Of a DNA stretch of 32,607 nucleotides, positions 1 through 9,343 are shown piece by piece. The first letter of the stretch is position 1, and the number at the start of each line of letters is the position of its first letter. The position numbers and the translations under genes are program-made. Below the pieces are notes generated by a model. The model ran no database searches and was not told where the DNA came from. It saw only the letters and a list, made by a program, of their open reading frames with translations. Origin of the DNA: Thermoplasmatota archaeon (GTDB taxonomy: Archaea; Thermoplasmatota; E2; JACPAO01; JAHFTW01); contig JBFKTF010000003.1 in the NCBI GenBank assembly GCA_041636435.1, positions 1-32,607 of the forward strand, given 5' to 3'.

Positions 1-1
1 A

Positions 2-835
2 TGGCTCATCCGCCGCCAAACGCCCACGCCGCGCCGCGCACACGAGACCCCCGCCGCCACGCCGGGCCTGCAAGCCATGGCGTGGTGTCTCGTCGGGCTC
101 GGGCTCCTGCCTGCACTGTCCGTGCTGGTGGGTGGGTTCCAAGTCGGCGGCCAATGGAGCCTCGAGGCCTGGCGCGCCCTGCTTGATCCCGACCATGCCG
201 CCCACTTGCCCGGCTTCGCGCTTGGACGCGCCATCGGGTTGAGCCTGTTCTACGCCGCATGCAGCGCCACCATCGCCGTCGCCCTCACCGCCTGCTTCGC
301 CTACGGGCTCCGCGCCAGTTCCCGCTGGGCCACACGCTTTGCCGAACTGATCGCCGCCTTGCCCCTGGGCACCAGCAGCCTCCTCATCGGCTTCGGCCTC
401 ATCCAAGCCACCAGCGTCGCCTTCGCCGCCTCCGCCGGCCGCCTCATCATCATCGCCGCCCACGCCCTCGTGGCATTCCCCTTCGCCGCCCGCGCCTTGC
501 TGCCCGCCATCCGACAACACGACCACCGGCTCGACGAAGCCGCGGCCCTGCTGGGGGCCCCCGGACGCAGCATCGTCTGGCGCATCCACCGACCCATGCT
601 GGCCGGCTCGTTGGCCGCCGCCATCGGCATCAGCGTCGCCATGAGCCTGGGCGATTTCGGTGCCAGCCTCTTGCTCATGACCGCCGACGACCGCGGCCTG
701 TCCGTCTGGATTGCCGCCCACGGAGGCACCGCCTCCTTCAACCCCCTCGTCCGTGCCCAGGCCGTGGCCCTCTCCGGATTGCTCATGGTGCTCGCCGTCG
801 CCGGCATCGCCGTGGCCCGCGTGGAGGGCGAATGA
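2..835 (+). CDS. ABC transporter permease (ThiP/FbpB-like), 5'-truncated by the window edge
   Basis: Frame open from position 2; multiple TM segments; EAA loop 'LDEAAALLGAP'; 'SLGDFGA'; ATGA overlap with the downstream ATPase. Confidence 0.85.
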   Translation, partial: WLIRRQTPTPRRAHETPAATPGLQAMAWCLVGLGLLPALSVLVGGFQVGGQWSLEAWRALLDPDHAAHLPGFALGRAIGLSLFYAACSATIAVALTACFAYGLRASSRWATRFAELIAALPLGTSSLLIGFGLIQATSVAFAASAGRLIIIAAHALVAFPFAARALLPAIRQHDHRLDEAAALLGAPGRSIVWRIHRPMLAGSLAAAIGISVAMSLGDFGASLLLMTADDRGLSVWIAAHGGTASFNPLVRAQAVALSGLLMVLAVAGIAVARVEGE

Positions 836-1491
836 CGCTGGACATCCACGGCCTGGCCATCGACTACGACGGCCACCGCCTCCTGGAGGACATCCACTTC
901 GCTGTCCCCGACGGACGCAGCGCCTTCTTGCTTGGGCCCAGTGGCTCCGGCAAGACCAGCATCCTGCGCTGCATCGCCGGTCTGCAGCGCCCCGAAGCTG
1001 GCTCGGTTTCTGTGGCCGGACAACGCCTCGACGACGTGCCCACCCATCGGCGCCGCGTCGGGATGCTGTTCCAAGAACCGGCCTTGTTCCCGCACCTCGA
1101 CGCGGCCCAGAACGTCGCGTTTGGCTTGCGGTACCGCGACGTGCCCCGCAACGAGCGCCACGAAGAAGCCCTGCGATGGCTGGGCCTTGTGGGCCTCGCG
1201 GACCGCGCCAACCAATCCGTCGACACGCTCAGCGGGGGGCAACGGCAACGGGTCGCCTTGGCCCGCACACTGGCCGCCAAGCCCCGGGCCGTGCTGCTGG
1301 ACGAACCGTTCTCCGCCCTGGATGCCGCGCTGCGCCTCGAACTGGGCGCCCGCGTCAAGCAACTGCTGGCCAAGCAAGGCGTGCCGGCGCTGTGGGTGAC
1401 CCACGACGAAGCCGAAGCGGAACGCTTGGCGGATCTCGGTTGGCGCATCCAGGGCACGGGTCTTGTGCCGATGGCGAAGCCCCAAGAGTGA
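832..1491 (+). CDS. ABC transporter ATP-binding subunit (ThiQ/PotA-like)
   Basis: Walker A GPSGSGKT, Q-loop FQEPALFPH, signature LSGGQRQR, Walker B LLDEP, H-loop VTHD. Start taken as the ATG at 832. Confidence 0.93.
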   Translation: MTLDIHGLAIDYDGHRLLEDIHFAVPDGRSAFLLGPSGSGKTSILRCIAGLQRPEAGSVSVAGQRLDDVPTHRRRVGMLFQEPALFPHLDAAQNVAFGLRYRDVPRNERHEEALRWLGLVGLADRANQSVDTLSGGQRQRVALARTLAAKPRAVLLDEPFSALDAALRLELGARVKQLLAKQGVPALWVTHDEAEAERLADLGWRIQGTGLVPMAKPQE

Positions 1492-1510
1492 GCCACCCGT
1501 CACCAAGCAC

Positions 1511-1921
1511 ATGCGTGCCCGCGTGCTGATGGTGCCGGTGCTGTCGATCAGTTTGCTGTTCTTCGTGGTGGCCGCCTTCCTGGCCCGCAGCGACGACCAA
1601 GCCCTGGCCTGGGCAGCAGGCGGTGTCATGGTCCCCATCGTCGCCATCGTGCTCTTGCAGTTGGCGCACATGCTGCGATGGCGTGGCATGGGCAAGCGCC
1701 TGGGACTTGTCCCCCAAGGCAACGGTGCTTACCCCGATTTGGCTGGACCCTACAAGGGACGCCGCTTGGTCATCATGCGGCGCAGCGACCCCACCGGCAT
1801 GGGGCCCAGGCTCTCCACCATCGTCCGCTTGGAGGGCGTGCAAGAGCTTCGGCTGCCGGGCGTCATCGCCGATCCGGCCACCGTGCGGAGCGTGTTGAAG
1901 CCGTTCTTGGAACGGGCGTAG
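1511..1921 (+). CDS. Hypothetical membrane protein (2 TM plus small soluble domain)
   Basis: MRARVLMVPVLSISLLFFVVAAF...; two hydrophobic helices; fills the gap before the convergent gene. Confidence 0.6.
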   Translation: MRARVLMVPVLSISLLFFVVAAFLARSDDQALAWAAGGVMVPIVAIVLLQLAHMLRWRGMGKRLGLVPQGNGAYPDLAGPYKGRRLVIMRRSDPTGMGPRLSTIVRLEGVQELRLPGVIADPATVRSVLKPFLERA

Positions 1922-1922
1922 C

Positions 1923-2858
1923 TTACCAGAAGACGACGCTGCCCGTGGCGGCGTAGATGCCCAGCAGGTACCCGACGATGGCGCCACCGTTGAGCAGAGG
2001 AAGCCCCGCTTGCGGGTTGCCCTTCAACACGAACGCCATCAGCACCGCGAAGCCAGCCAAGGTGCCCACCGCCGCGCCCAGCACCGGCATGATGGAGCCG
2101 ATGCCGGAACCGAACATCAGGGCCGAGACCACCAGAATGGTGGGCATGACCAGGTCGCCCAGGCCCATGAAGAACGCCTCGCGATCCTCTTTGTTCTCGG
2201 CGCCCGCTTCCTTGAACTTCGCCGCTTCCTTCAGGAAGGAGTAGCCGCGGGTCTTGGGCACCACCAGCAACACGGGCAGGCGCAGCTCGATGACCGAGTC
2301 GGCCAGGTCCAGCATGTGCTTGGTGCGGTACACGGCGATGGCGTCGTAGATGGCCAGCGCCACCAGCATCACGACCACCAGCCACGGCTCCAGGCTGATG
2401 CCAAAGATGGCCGCGGCACCAGCCGCCACCAAGATGCCCACGAAGTCCACCACGTACCATTCGGGGTGCTTGTACAGCCAGAACACGGAGCCGCCGCCGA
2501 TGGCGGCCCCCAGGCCCCACGCAACGGTCGTCCCCAAGCCCCAGGTCAACAGCAGTGGCGCCACGACATACATGACCGTCGAGCCCACGGCGAGCAAGAT
2601 GATGGCTTGGATGGCCCACTTGATGCCGCGCTTCTGGAGCCACAAAATGAGGAACGTGAAGCCCAGCAGCAGCAGGACGTAGTACACGATGTTCGTCGGG
2701 TCGCCGCTGTCCTCGAACGCCTGCAAGCCCGCATCCAGGCTCGGCTTGGCAAACAGCACGGCCAAGACCTGTGTGATGAGGAACGCCATCAAGAGACCAG
2801 CCGTCGCGCGGTAGTCGGCCATCGTCACGGGGGCAGGTGCAGCGGATTCCTCGCTCAC
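1923..2858 (-). CDS. Presenilin/SPP-family (A22) intramembrane aspartyl protease
   Basis: YD motif 'AIYDAIAVY', GxGD 'MGLGDLVMP', PAL-like 'QAGLPLLN'; about 9 TM. GTG start at 2858 inferred. Confidence 0.92.
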   Translation of the reverse strand: MSEESAAPAPVTMADYRATAGLLMAFLITQVLAVLFAKPSLDAGLQAFEDSGDPTNIVYYVLLLLGFTFLILWLQKRGIKWAIQAIILLAVGSTVMYVVAPLLLTWGLGTTVAWGLGAAIGGGSVFWLYKHPEWYVVDFVGILVAAGAAAIFGISLEPWLVVVMLVALAIYDAIAVYRTKHMLDLADSVIELRLPVLLVVPKTRGYSFLKEAAKFKEAGAENKEDREAFFMGLGDLVMPTILVVSALMFGSGIGSIMPVLGAAVGTLAGFAVLMAFVLKGNPQAGLPLLNGGAIVGYLLGIYAATGSVVFW

Positions 2859-2898
2859 GCTGGGTCCACTTCGGTGGGCATCAAAGCGGTTCGCTTGT

Positions 2899-3444
2899 TC
2901 ACCAGAGCTCTTGCCCGGCGCGGCGCAGTTCGCGGCGCTTCTTCTCCAAGAAGCGGTAGACGCTGCTGTGCTCGCTGCCACGCAGCAACATCTCCACGGC
3001 CTGCTTGGCGTCCTGCAAGCCCTCGATGTCGCCGATGATGCCGATGGTGTGGCCATAGATGGCCAAGTCGCAGCCGGTCTGGTCTTCGACGATGCGGCGG
3101 GTCTTGCCCTCGGCACCAATGATGCGGGCCGCGACGCGGCGCACGTGGTTCTTGTGCTTGCCGACGAAGTCGTGGATGTCCAGCAGTTCGAAGTACACGT
3201 CGTCGCTGAAGAGGCGCATGGCGTGCTCGGGACTGAAGCCCCGGCCCAGCGCCTTGACGATGTCTTGGAGCTTCAGGACCATCAACGGATCGGCGCCATC
3301 CTGTTCGTCGTGGATGGCGACTTCGTTGTTCTCCGAGTCGACGTCAATCTTGACGCCGCCGCGGCGCTCCAACTGCTTGCGGGTTTGGCCCTTGGGGCCG
3401 ATGACGACCGCCACGCGGTCCTTGGGTACACGCACGTAGATCAT
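2899..3444 (-). CDS. KH-domain ribosome biogenesis protein (Dim2/Pno1/Krr1-like)
   Basis: Two KH GxxG motifs (VIGPKG, IIGAEG), 'GRGFSPE', 'GSEHSSVY'; canonical position next to RIO1. Confidence 0.93.
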   Translation of the reverse strand: MIYVRVPKDRVAVVIGPKGQTRKQLERRGGVKIDVDSENNEVAIHDEQDGADPLMVLKLQDIVKALGRGFSPEHAMRLFSDDVYFELLDIHDFVGKHKNHVRRVAARIIGAEGKTRRIVEDQTGCDLAIYGHTIGIIGDIEGLQDAKQAVEMLLRGSEHSSVYRFLEKKRRELRRAGQELW

Positions 3445-4325
3445 TGTGGATGCTCCAGCTTGCTCTTGAGTTCCGATTCGTCCAGCTTCACGCGCATGCG
3501 CTTGAAGTAGGCCGTCAGGTTCTTGATGTCCCGGTCACGGAACTCCCAGGCCATGGGGTGCTTGCGGGGCACCGCTTGGCCCACGTCGATGATGCGGGGG
3601 GCTGCCCGCTTGGGGTCGTCGGCATCGACGACCAGGATGTTGTATTCGCTCAGGTCCGCATGGACCAGGTCCGCCTTGTTGTGGATGGCGACGTAGTCGT
3701 CGCGCAACTTGTTCCAGAAACGCGTGGCGAGCTTGGGGTCGATGCGTCCCATGCCCTTGAGCGTCGTCCAGGGGCCTTCCTCCACGCCGATGTACTCGGT
3801 GACGAGCACGTTGTTGAGGACCTTCAAGGGCTCTGGCACGTCGACGCCCGCATCGCGCATGCGGTGCAGGTTCCGGAACTCCTTCTGTGCCCAGGCATGC
3901 GTGAGGGCGCGCTTGTCGCCCGTGACGCCTTGGAAGCGGTCGTCGCCCTGGATGTATTGCAGGACGTGCTTGAAGGTGGCCGTGTTGGTGCGGTAAATCT
4001 TGACCGCCACGTGGGCCCCGGTCGGGGTCGTGCCGCGAAACACGTTGGCTTCCTTGCCGGTGCTGACGGGGAAGTCCAAGGACTTGAGAACGCCGCCCGT
4101 GAACATCTTGTGGATGGTCATCAAGGTCTGGTGATCGAACACCTCGCCCTCGGTGCGCCGGTCCTTGCCGATGCGCCCCTTGAGCTTCTTGACCATCCGG
4201 TCGGCCATTTGGAAGGCCCACTCGTCGTTGCTCGCGACCGTCTCGTCCAGAGATTCCTCGTCGTCCAGCGAGAGCAGCGGCTCGGCTTCCCAGTCGACCA
4301 TGTGCTCGACGACGTCTTCGCTCAT
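3441..4325 (-). CDS. rio1: RIO1 serine/threonine kinase
   Basis: STGKEANVF, AVKIY, 'WAQKEFRNL', HADLSEYNIL, IIDVGQAV. Confidence 0.95.
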   Translation of the reverse strand: MSEDVVEHMVDWEAEPLLSLDDEESLDETVASNDEWAFQMADRMVKKLKGRIGKDRRTEGEVFDHQTLMTIHKMFTGGVLKSLDFPVSTGKEANVFRGTTPTGAHVAVKIYRTNTATFKHVLQYIQGDDRFQGVTGDKRALTHAWAQKEFRNLHRMRDAGVDVPEPLKVLNNVLVTEYIGVEEGPWTTLKGMGRIDPKLATRFWNKLRDDYVAIHNKADLVHADLSEYNILVVDADDPKRAAPRIIDVGQAVPRKHPMAWEFRDRDIKNLTAYFKRMRVKLDESELKSKLEHPQ

Positions 4326-4356
4326 GGAACTCCTGCGGCGCCGTCGCTACGGGCCA

Positions 4357-4800
4357 TCAGAACCCGTGGTCGAGCAATTCGGGGATGAGGCCGCGGCGCG
4401 ACAGGTGCTGCGACTGGATGCGCAGGTACCGGTGCTTCACGTCGGCCTTCTTGTCGTCGATGTCCCAGGGCCGGACGATGATGAGGTCGCCGGGCTTGAT
4501 CCACTGGCGGCGCTTCATCTTGCCGGGAATGCGGGCCATGCGGGACTTGCCGTCCTCGCACATCACGATCATCTTGCTGGCGCCGAGGATCTGATCCGCG
4601 ATGGCGTAGAGCTCGCGGTTCTTGATGTCGGGCAAGCGGTAGCGGATCGGCCCGTCGTCGGCTTCACCCGACTCGATGGCCCGTGCCTGGGCGAAGGCGG
4701 CGCGGTCGGCGGCGCGAGCAGCCTTGCTGCCCGTGGCGACCGGTGCGGCCTTGATCTCGCGGTCGTCCACGTCTTGTGGTTCGTCGCGTTCGTCAGTCAC
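4357..4800 (-). CDS. eif1a: Translation initiation factor aIF-1A
   Basis: 'LGASKMIVMCEDGKSRMARIPGKMKRRQWIKPGDLIIVRPW'; aIF1A-RIO1-KH synteny; GTG start with TTATAT at -30..-25. Confidence 0.93.
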   Translation of the reverse strand: MTDERDEPQDVDDREIKAAPVATGSKAARAADRAAFAQARAIESGEADDGPIRYRLPDIKNRELYAIADQILGASKMIVMCEDGKSRMARIPGKMKRRQWIKPGDLIIVRPWDIDDKKADVKHRYLRIQSQHLSRRGLIPELLDHGF

Positions 4801-4896
4801 AATTCTGTTCCAGCTTCACATCCCATATAAGCCAGGGGGGTGGTCCACTGGCAGCGTCGCCCAAGCCTTCAAGCCGGTCCCATAGGTGGTCCTGTG

Positions 4897-6648
4897 ATGG
4901 CGGAACTGGCGGAAGCCCGTCCTGTGGTGGAGATGGACCCCCGCGTGTCGCTCGTGGCGTACACGCATGACCCGTACGGACTGGCGGTCGCCAGCGCGCG
5001 CACTTGCTACGCAGCGGACTTCGTGTTCCTGCGCCAACTGACGCCCAAGGGCGAACGCACCCGCACCACGCTCCTCGATGCCTTGCCGGACCACAAGGAC
5101 ACCTTGGACAAGATTGGCAACAGCCGCACGCCCCAGGAAGAACGCATCCGCCTCGTGGACGAATTGCTGGAGGCCGTCCAGGACGAGGACACCCGCAACG
5201 CGGTCAACGTGTTCGCCCAACTCAGCACGGACCGTGGCCCGGTGGACGACCGCATCGCCCAGTCCATCTACGAAGCTGGCCACCACACCCCCTTCCAGCA
5301 CCCGACATTCGTCTTTGGCTTGGAAGGCGTCAGCCGGAACGTCGTGGAGTCGTTCTTCCACCAACACACGTTCTACAACTCGGAGCAGCAGTCGCAGCGC
5401 TACGTCGAGATGAAGCACGCCGAAGTGCACGTCCCGGCCAGCATCGCCGCCAACGACGATGCCCGCCGCGTCTTCGACGACGCCGTGCGCCAGGCCTGGG
5501 ACACGTACCATGCCCTGCGCGACGGGCTCGTGGAGGCCAACATCAAGATCATGTCGGCCATTGGCCGCATCAAGGGCCAGACCGAGAAGCAGATGCGCAC
5601 GGAGGCCGAGAAGAAGAGCCAGGAGATGGCGCGCTACGTCATCCCCGTCGCCGCCTCCACCAAGCTCTACCACACCGTCAGCGGCATTGTCCTGTTGCGC
5701 TACGTGCGCATGAGCCAGGCCCAAAACTGCGCCCCCGAGGCCAAGCACATCGTCGACCAGATGGTCGCCGCCGTGCAAGCCGTGGACCCCGAATTCTTCG
5801 ACAAGATTCACGAGGACCCCCACGCCCGACAGGACCTGGTGGAGTGGGACCTCAGCACGGACGCCCCCCAACGCCCCAGCATGAACCTGGGCGGCATGAC
5901 CAGTCGGCTCATCCACCACACCAAGGACGGCGGCGCCCTCGTGGCGCAGACCATCCGCGAAGTGACGGGCAGCGGCATGCCGGACAACGAGATCCTGCCC
6001 CGGGTGTTGGATCCGGACGTGAACCCCATCTGGAACGACACCCTCAACACGTGGGACCACAGCCCGGTGCTGCGTTCCCTGCGGCACATCCACTACACGT
6101 TCCACAAGCGCCAGAGTCTCACCGCCTACGCGCAGGACCAACGCCACCGCATGACGCCAGGCACCCGCCCGTTGCTGCACCGCTGCATCGGCAAGACGCC
6201 GGACGTCTACGTGCCCGATGTCATCCAAGGCGACATGTTGGAGGCATACAACGCGGGCATCCAGCGACTCTGGGATGCCATGCACGCCCTCATCGAGATG
6301 GGCATCCCACGAGAGGATGCCGCGTACCTGCTGCCCAACGCCACCAACATCTACTACACCCAATCGGGCGACCTGCTGAGTTTCATCCACAAGTGGCGCC
6401 TGCGGCTCTGCTTCAACGCGCAGAAGGAGATCTTCGAAGCGAGCCTCGACGAGCTGCGCCAGGTCCAGGCGGTCCACCCCGAATTGACCCGCTACCTTGG
6501 GCCCCCGTGCACGTTCGTGGCGGCGGCGCAGCCTCCGGAATTGCAGGACGACGTGGATGCCTGCTGCCCCGAAGGCCCTCGCTGGTGTGGTGTCAAGGTC
6601 TGGAAGAACTTCGACGCCGCCGCAGGCAAACCGAAGCGCCCCTACTAG
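4897..6648 (+). CDS. thyX: FAD-dependent thymidylate synthase with tandem ThyX domains
   Basis: Domain 1: 'GHHTPFQH', 'VSR', 'SEQQSQRY', 'EMARYVIP'. Domain 2: 'HSPVLR', 'QDQRHR', 'EDAAYLLPNAT', 'LRLCFNAQKEI'. GGTGG upstream of the ATG at 4897. Confidence 0.88.
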   Translation: MAELAEARPVVEMDPRVSLVAYTHDPYGLAVASARTCYAADFVFLRQLTPKGERTRTTLLDALPDHKDTLDKIGNSRTPQEERIRLVDELLEAVQDEDTRNAVNVFAQLSTDRGPVDDRIAQSIYEAGHHTPFQHPTFVFGLEGVSRNVVESFFHQHTFYNSEQQSQRYVEMKHAEVHVPASIAANDDARRVFDDAVRQAWDTYHALRDGLVEANIKIMSAIGRIKGQTEKQMRTEAEKKSQEMARYVIPVAASTKLYHTVSGIVLLRYVRMSQAQNCAPEAKHIVDQMVAAVQAVDPEFFDKIHEDPHARQDLVEWDLSTDAPQRPSMNLGGMTSRLIHHTKDGGALVAQTIREVTGSGMPDNEILPRVLDPDVNPIWNDTLNTWDHSPVLRSLRHIHYTFHKRQSLTAYAQDQRHRMTPGTRPLLHRCIGKTPDVYVPDVIQGDMLEAYNAGIQRLWDAMHALIEMGIPREDAAYLLPNATNIYYTQSGDLLSFIHKWRLRLCFNAQKEIFEASLDELRQVQAVHPELTRYLGPPCTFVAAAQPPELQDDVDACCPEGPRWCGVKVWKNFDAAAGKPKRPY

Positions 6649-6840
6649 CCGGCGCGTGCATCGCACCGGGTCCATGGTCTGGCGTCTGTCACATCGGAAT
6701 CACCGCCCCGGCATCGATCCGAGGGTCCTCATCCTGCGTGCGGGTTCGATGGAACCGGACACACGTTGGCCAAAGCAAAATGCCAGGCGCCGCTGGCCCA
6801 CCCGTTGACCGGTCCAATCAACCGACGGCGCAACCCCAAC

Positions 6841-7215
6841 GTGGAACCAATCCGCGACCCCGCTGGCCACGCTTGGCTGGACGAGGGTCTTGACGAGTTC
6901 AACGCGGGTCGCCACTGGCATGCCCACGAATCGTGGGAACACCTCTGGTTGGGCTTGGAGGGCGACGACAAGGTGTTCGTCCAGGGACTCATCATGGCCG
7001 CCGCCATGCTGCACCAGTATGGTCGCGGCGTGGAGCGTGGCGTGGCCAACCATTGGGCCAACGTGCAGGCTCGCTTGCCGCCCCATGCACCCCGCAAGTG
7101 GGGCATCGACGTATCCGGCCTCTTGGAGCAACTTGAAGCGTTTGCCCAGGCCGCGGCCGCGGGGGACCTGTCCCGGTCGCCCGCGACGGTCCGCATGGTC
7201 CGCACCAAGGATTGA
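6841..7215 (+). CDS. DUF309 family protein
   Basis: 'GLDEFNAGRHWHAHESWEHLW' and 'QGLIMAAAMLHQ' match the DUF309 pattern. GTG start inferred. Confidence 0.85.
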   Translation: MEPIRDPAGHAWLDEGLDEFNAGRHWHAHESWEHLWLGLEGDDKVFVQGLIMAAAMLHQYGRGVERGVANHWANVQARLPPHAPRKWGIDVSGLLEQLEAFAQAAAAGDLSRSPATVRMVRTKD

Positions 7216-7239
7216 AACCTGCAATCCCCTGCGCGACCC

Positions 7240-8109
7240 GTGTCTGGCACCATCCAGGAACGGACGGACGTCGCCGAGGTCGGCGGCGGCCCCATGGTGG
7301 AGGTCCTGTACTTCACGGACCCCTACTGCAGTTGGTGCTGGGCAGCGGAGCCCGTGTGGCTGCACCTCAAGGAAGCCTACGGCGGCGCCGTGCATTTCCG
7401 CACCGTCATGGGGGGCCTCGTGGAACGCGCCGGCGAGGACATGATGGGCGAACGCTTGATGCTGCTACGCCAACACATGCACGACGTGTCGGCCCGCAGT
7501 GGCCAACCCATCGACCCATCCTTCTTGGACGCCGTGGACCCCGAATTCAGCACGTGGCCCGCATGCATCCATGTCAAGGCCGCGCAGGCCCAAGCCGAGG
7601 ATCTGGGCGAACGGTACCTGCGCCGCCTGCGCCGCGCCATCATGACCGAATGCCGCCAGGCCAGCGACCCCGGCGTGGCGGAGAAGCTCGTGGACGACGT
7701 GGAGGGTCTGGAGATGACGCGCTGGAAGACCGACGTCGTCGACGGCACGGCCCTCTCAGCGTTTCTTGATGATCGAAAGACCTGCGAGCAGTTTGGCGTC
7801 ACGGGATTCCCCACCATCGTCATCCGCACCAGCGACCCCGACCGGGCGCCCCGCGTCTTGCCTGGCTACCGACCATACCCCGAAGTGGAACAGGCACTCA
7901 AGGAACGGGCGCCATGGGTGCAGCCCCGCGACACCCGGACGCCCATCGACCTGTTGTTCGACATGGGGCCATTGACGACCAAGGAGATCCAAGAAATCCA
8001 AGGCACCACGCCCCGCGAGACCATGGACGTCCTGGATGGCTTGGCGGCCGAGGGCACCATCGAGGCGGTGCGCATCGCGGGCGGGACCTTGTGGCGGCTT
8101 CCTGAGTAA
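7240..8109 (+). CDS. DsbA-like thioredoxin-fold protein (YjbH/SpxH/FrnE-like) with C-terminal winged HTH
   Basis: 'FTDPYCSWCW' CxxC, cis-Pro 'GVTGFPT', 'GYRPY'; wHTH-like tail 'LTTKEIQE...LDGLAAEGTIE...GGTLW'. Confidence 0.85.
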   Translation: MSGTIQERTDVAEVGGGPMVEVLYFTDPYCSWCWAAEPVWLHLKEAYGGAVHFRTVMGGLVERAGEDMMGERLMLLRQHMHDVSARSGQPIDPSFLDAVDPEFSTWPACIHVKAAQAQAEDLGERYLRRLRRAIMTECRQASDPGVAEKLVDDVEGLEMTRWKTDVVDGTALSAFLDDRKTCEQFGVTGFPTIVIRTSDPDRAPRVLPGYRPYPEVEQALKERAPWVQPRDTRTPIDLLFDMGPLTTKEIQEIQGTTPRETMDVLDGLAAEGTIEAVRIAGGTLWRLPE

Positions 8110-9318
8110 TCAACCCCGGGCCGCGACGTCGATGGCGTGGGCTTGCTCCAACGACAAACCAAGGCGCTCCCGCGCCTTGTCCAAGACCTTCATCTCGGCC
8201 GCGGTGAGGTGCCCGTCGCCCCAGGCTTCCTCCGCCAGGGCCTGGTACAGTGCCTCGCGGTCGTTGTCCGAGCGTTCCTTGATTGGCCTCGCCTCGGGCA
8301 TCGCCATGGAGGCGACTCGCTCGGCCAGGCGTTGCAGGGGTCCAAGCGCGAAGACCAGTGCCCCGGCGGCCACGGCCCCCACGAGCAAACCGCGATCGTC
8401 TCCTAGCTTCTCCGAGACAATGAACTGGACGCCGACGAATACGGCCGCGAAGATGGTGGCCAAGGTCGATTGACGGATGGTGAATCGAATCTTGACGTCG
8501 ATGTCGAAGGCGCGGTGGCGTACGACGGCGTAGCCAAGGATGGTCACCGCCATGATGCGCATCGCTCCAAGGAATCCCAAATCGCTGGGGTGGTGGTCGG
8601 CAAACAACCAGCCCCACGTCAATCCCGCCACGGCCCACCAAGCGGTCCATGCGAACAATTTGTGGTCGTCCCGGTCGGCGGCCAGGGCGCCCAGCGCATA
8701 GACGATGACCAGGGTCCAGACAATCGGGGCTTCGTTCAAGCCACGGCCAAGGAATTCGGCCGTTCTGGTCAGCACCCACGTCACCGCGAACGGCGCGATG
8801 GCCAGACGGATCAACCGCGTCCGGTCATTGCGGGCATCCAGCGCCAGCACCATCCATAGCAGAAACGGGGCCAGGGATGCCGCAAACGCATTGCTGATGG
8901 CGGCCAGGGGTGCATCCACGGCACTCTGTGCAAGCCTCCACCCCATGCTGGCGCTGGCCAACGCGCTGAGCACGGTGGCCGCAACAAGGGGCCACGCGCG
9001 GCGCCTCGAGCCATTGTGCAAGCGCACCAACCGAACCCCAGCCAGGATCAGGAGCGCGAACCCCGCGGATTGGAATCCATGGGCGATTTGCCCTTGCCAT
9101 CCATGCAGGTCCAAGCTGTTGAGGCCCGGGTTGGCGAGCAAGACGATGTTGGCCGGAATCACGGCGACGCCGAGGCCAATGGCAAACAATCCGGCCGCCG
9201 CGCCCGGCTTCGTGCGTGGTCGCTTCAGCCAGACAAACAAACCGAACGCCAGGAAGAACACGCCGCTGGCGATGTCGACGCTGAGTCCGACTTGCCGCCA
9301 TTGCTCCCAGTCAATCAC
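8110..9318 (-). CDS. Polytopic membrane protein with sensor-like TM region and C-terminal TerB-like helical domain
   Basis: About 10 TM segments; 'GYAVVRHRAFDID' typical of the ends of HisKA_7TM-like input domains; C-terminal 'EAWGDGHLTAAEMKVLDKARERLGLS'. Confidence 0.7.
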   Translation of the reverse strand: MIDWEQWRQVGLSVDIASGVFFLAFGLFVWLKRPRTKPGAAAGLFAIGLGVAVIPANIVLLANPGLNSLDLHGWQGQIAHGFQSAGFALLILAGVRLVRLHNGSRRRAWPLVAATVLSALASASMGWRLAQSAVDAPLAAISNAFAASLAPFLLWMVLALDARNDRTRLIRLAIAPFAVTWVLTRTAEFLGRGLNEAPIVWTLVIVYALGALAADRDDHKLFAWTAWWAVAGLTWGWLFADHHPSDLGFLGAMRIMAVTILGYAVVRHRAFDIDVKIRFTIRQSTLATIFAAVFVGVQFIVSEKLGDDRGLLVGAVAAGALVFALGPLQRLAERVASMAMPEARPIKERSDNDREALYQALAEEAWGDGHLTAAEMKVLDKARERLGLSLEQAHAIDVAARG

Positions 9319-9343
9319 GGAGCGTCACCGCTTCGCGGCCACT

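Noticed and set aside
6649-6840. ~190-nt gap containing GGGTTCGAT (T-loop-like) and small hairpins
   Set aside because: No cloverleaf, acceptor stem or convincing extended structure.
4816-6893. 619-aa antisense and 629-aa alternative-frame ORFs over thyX, and similar shadows throughout the window
   Set aside because: Expected artefacts of high GC3 codon bias. They fully overlap well-supported genes and carry no recognisable domains.
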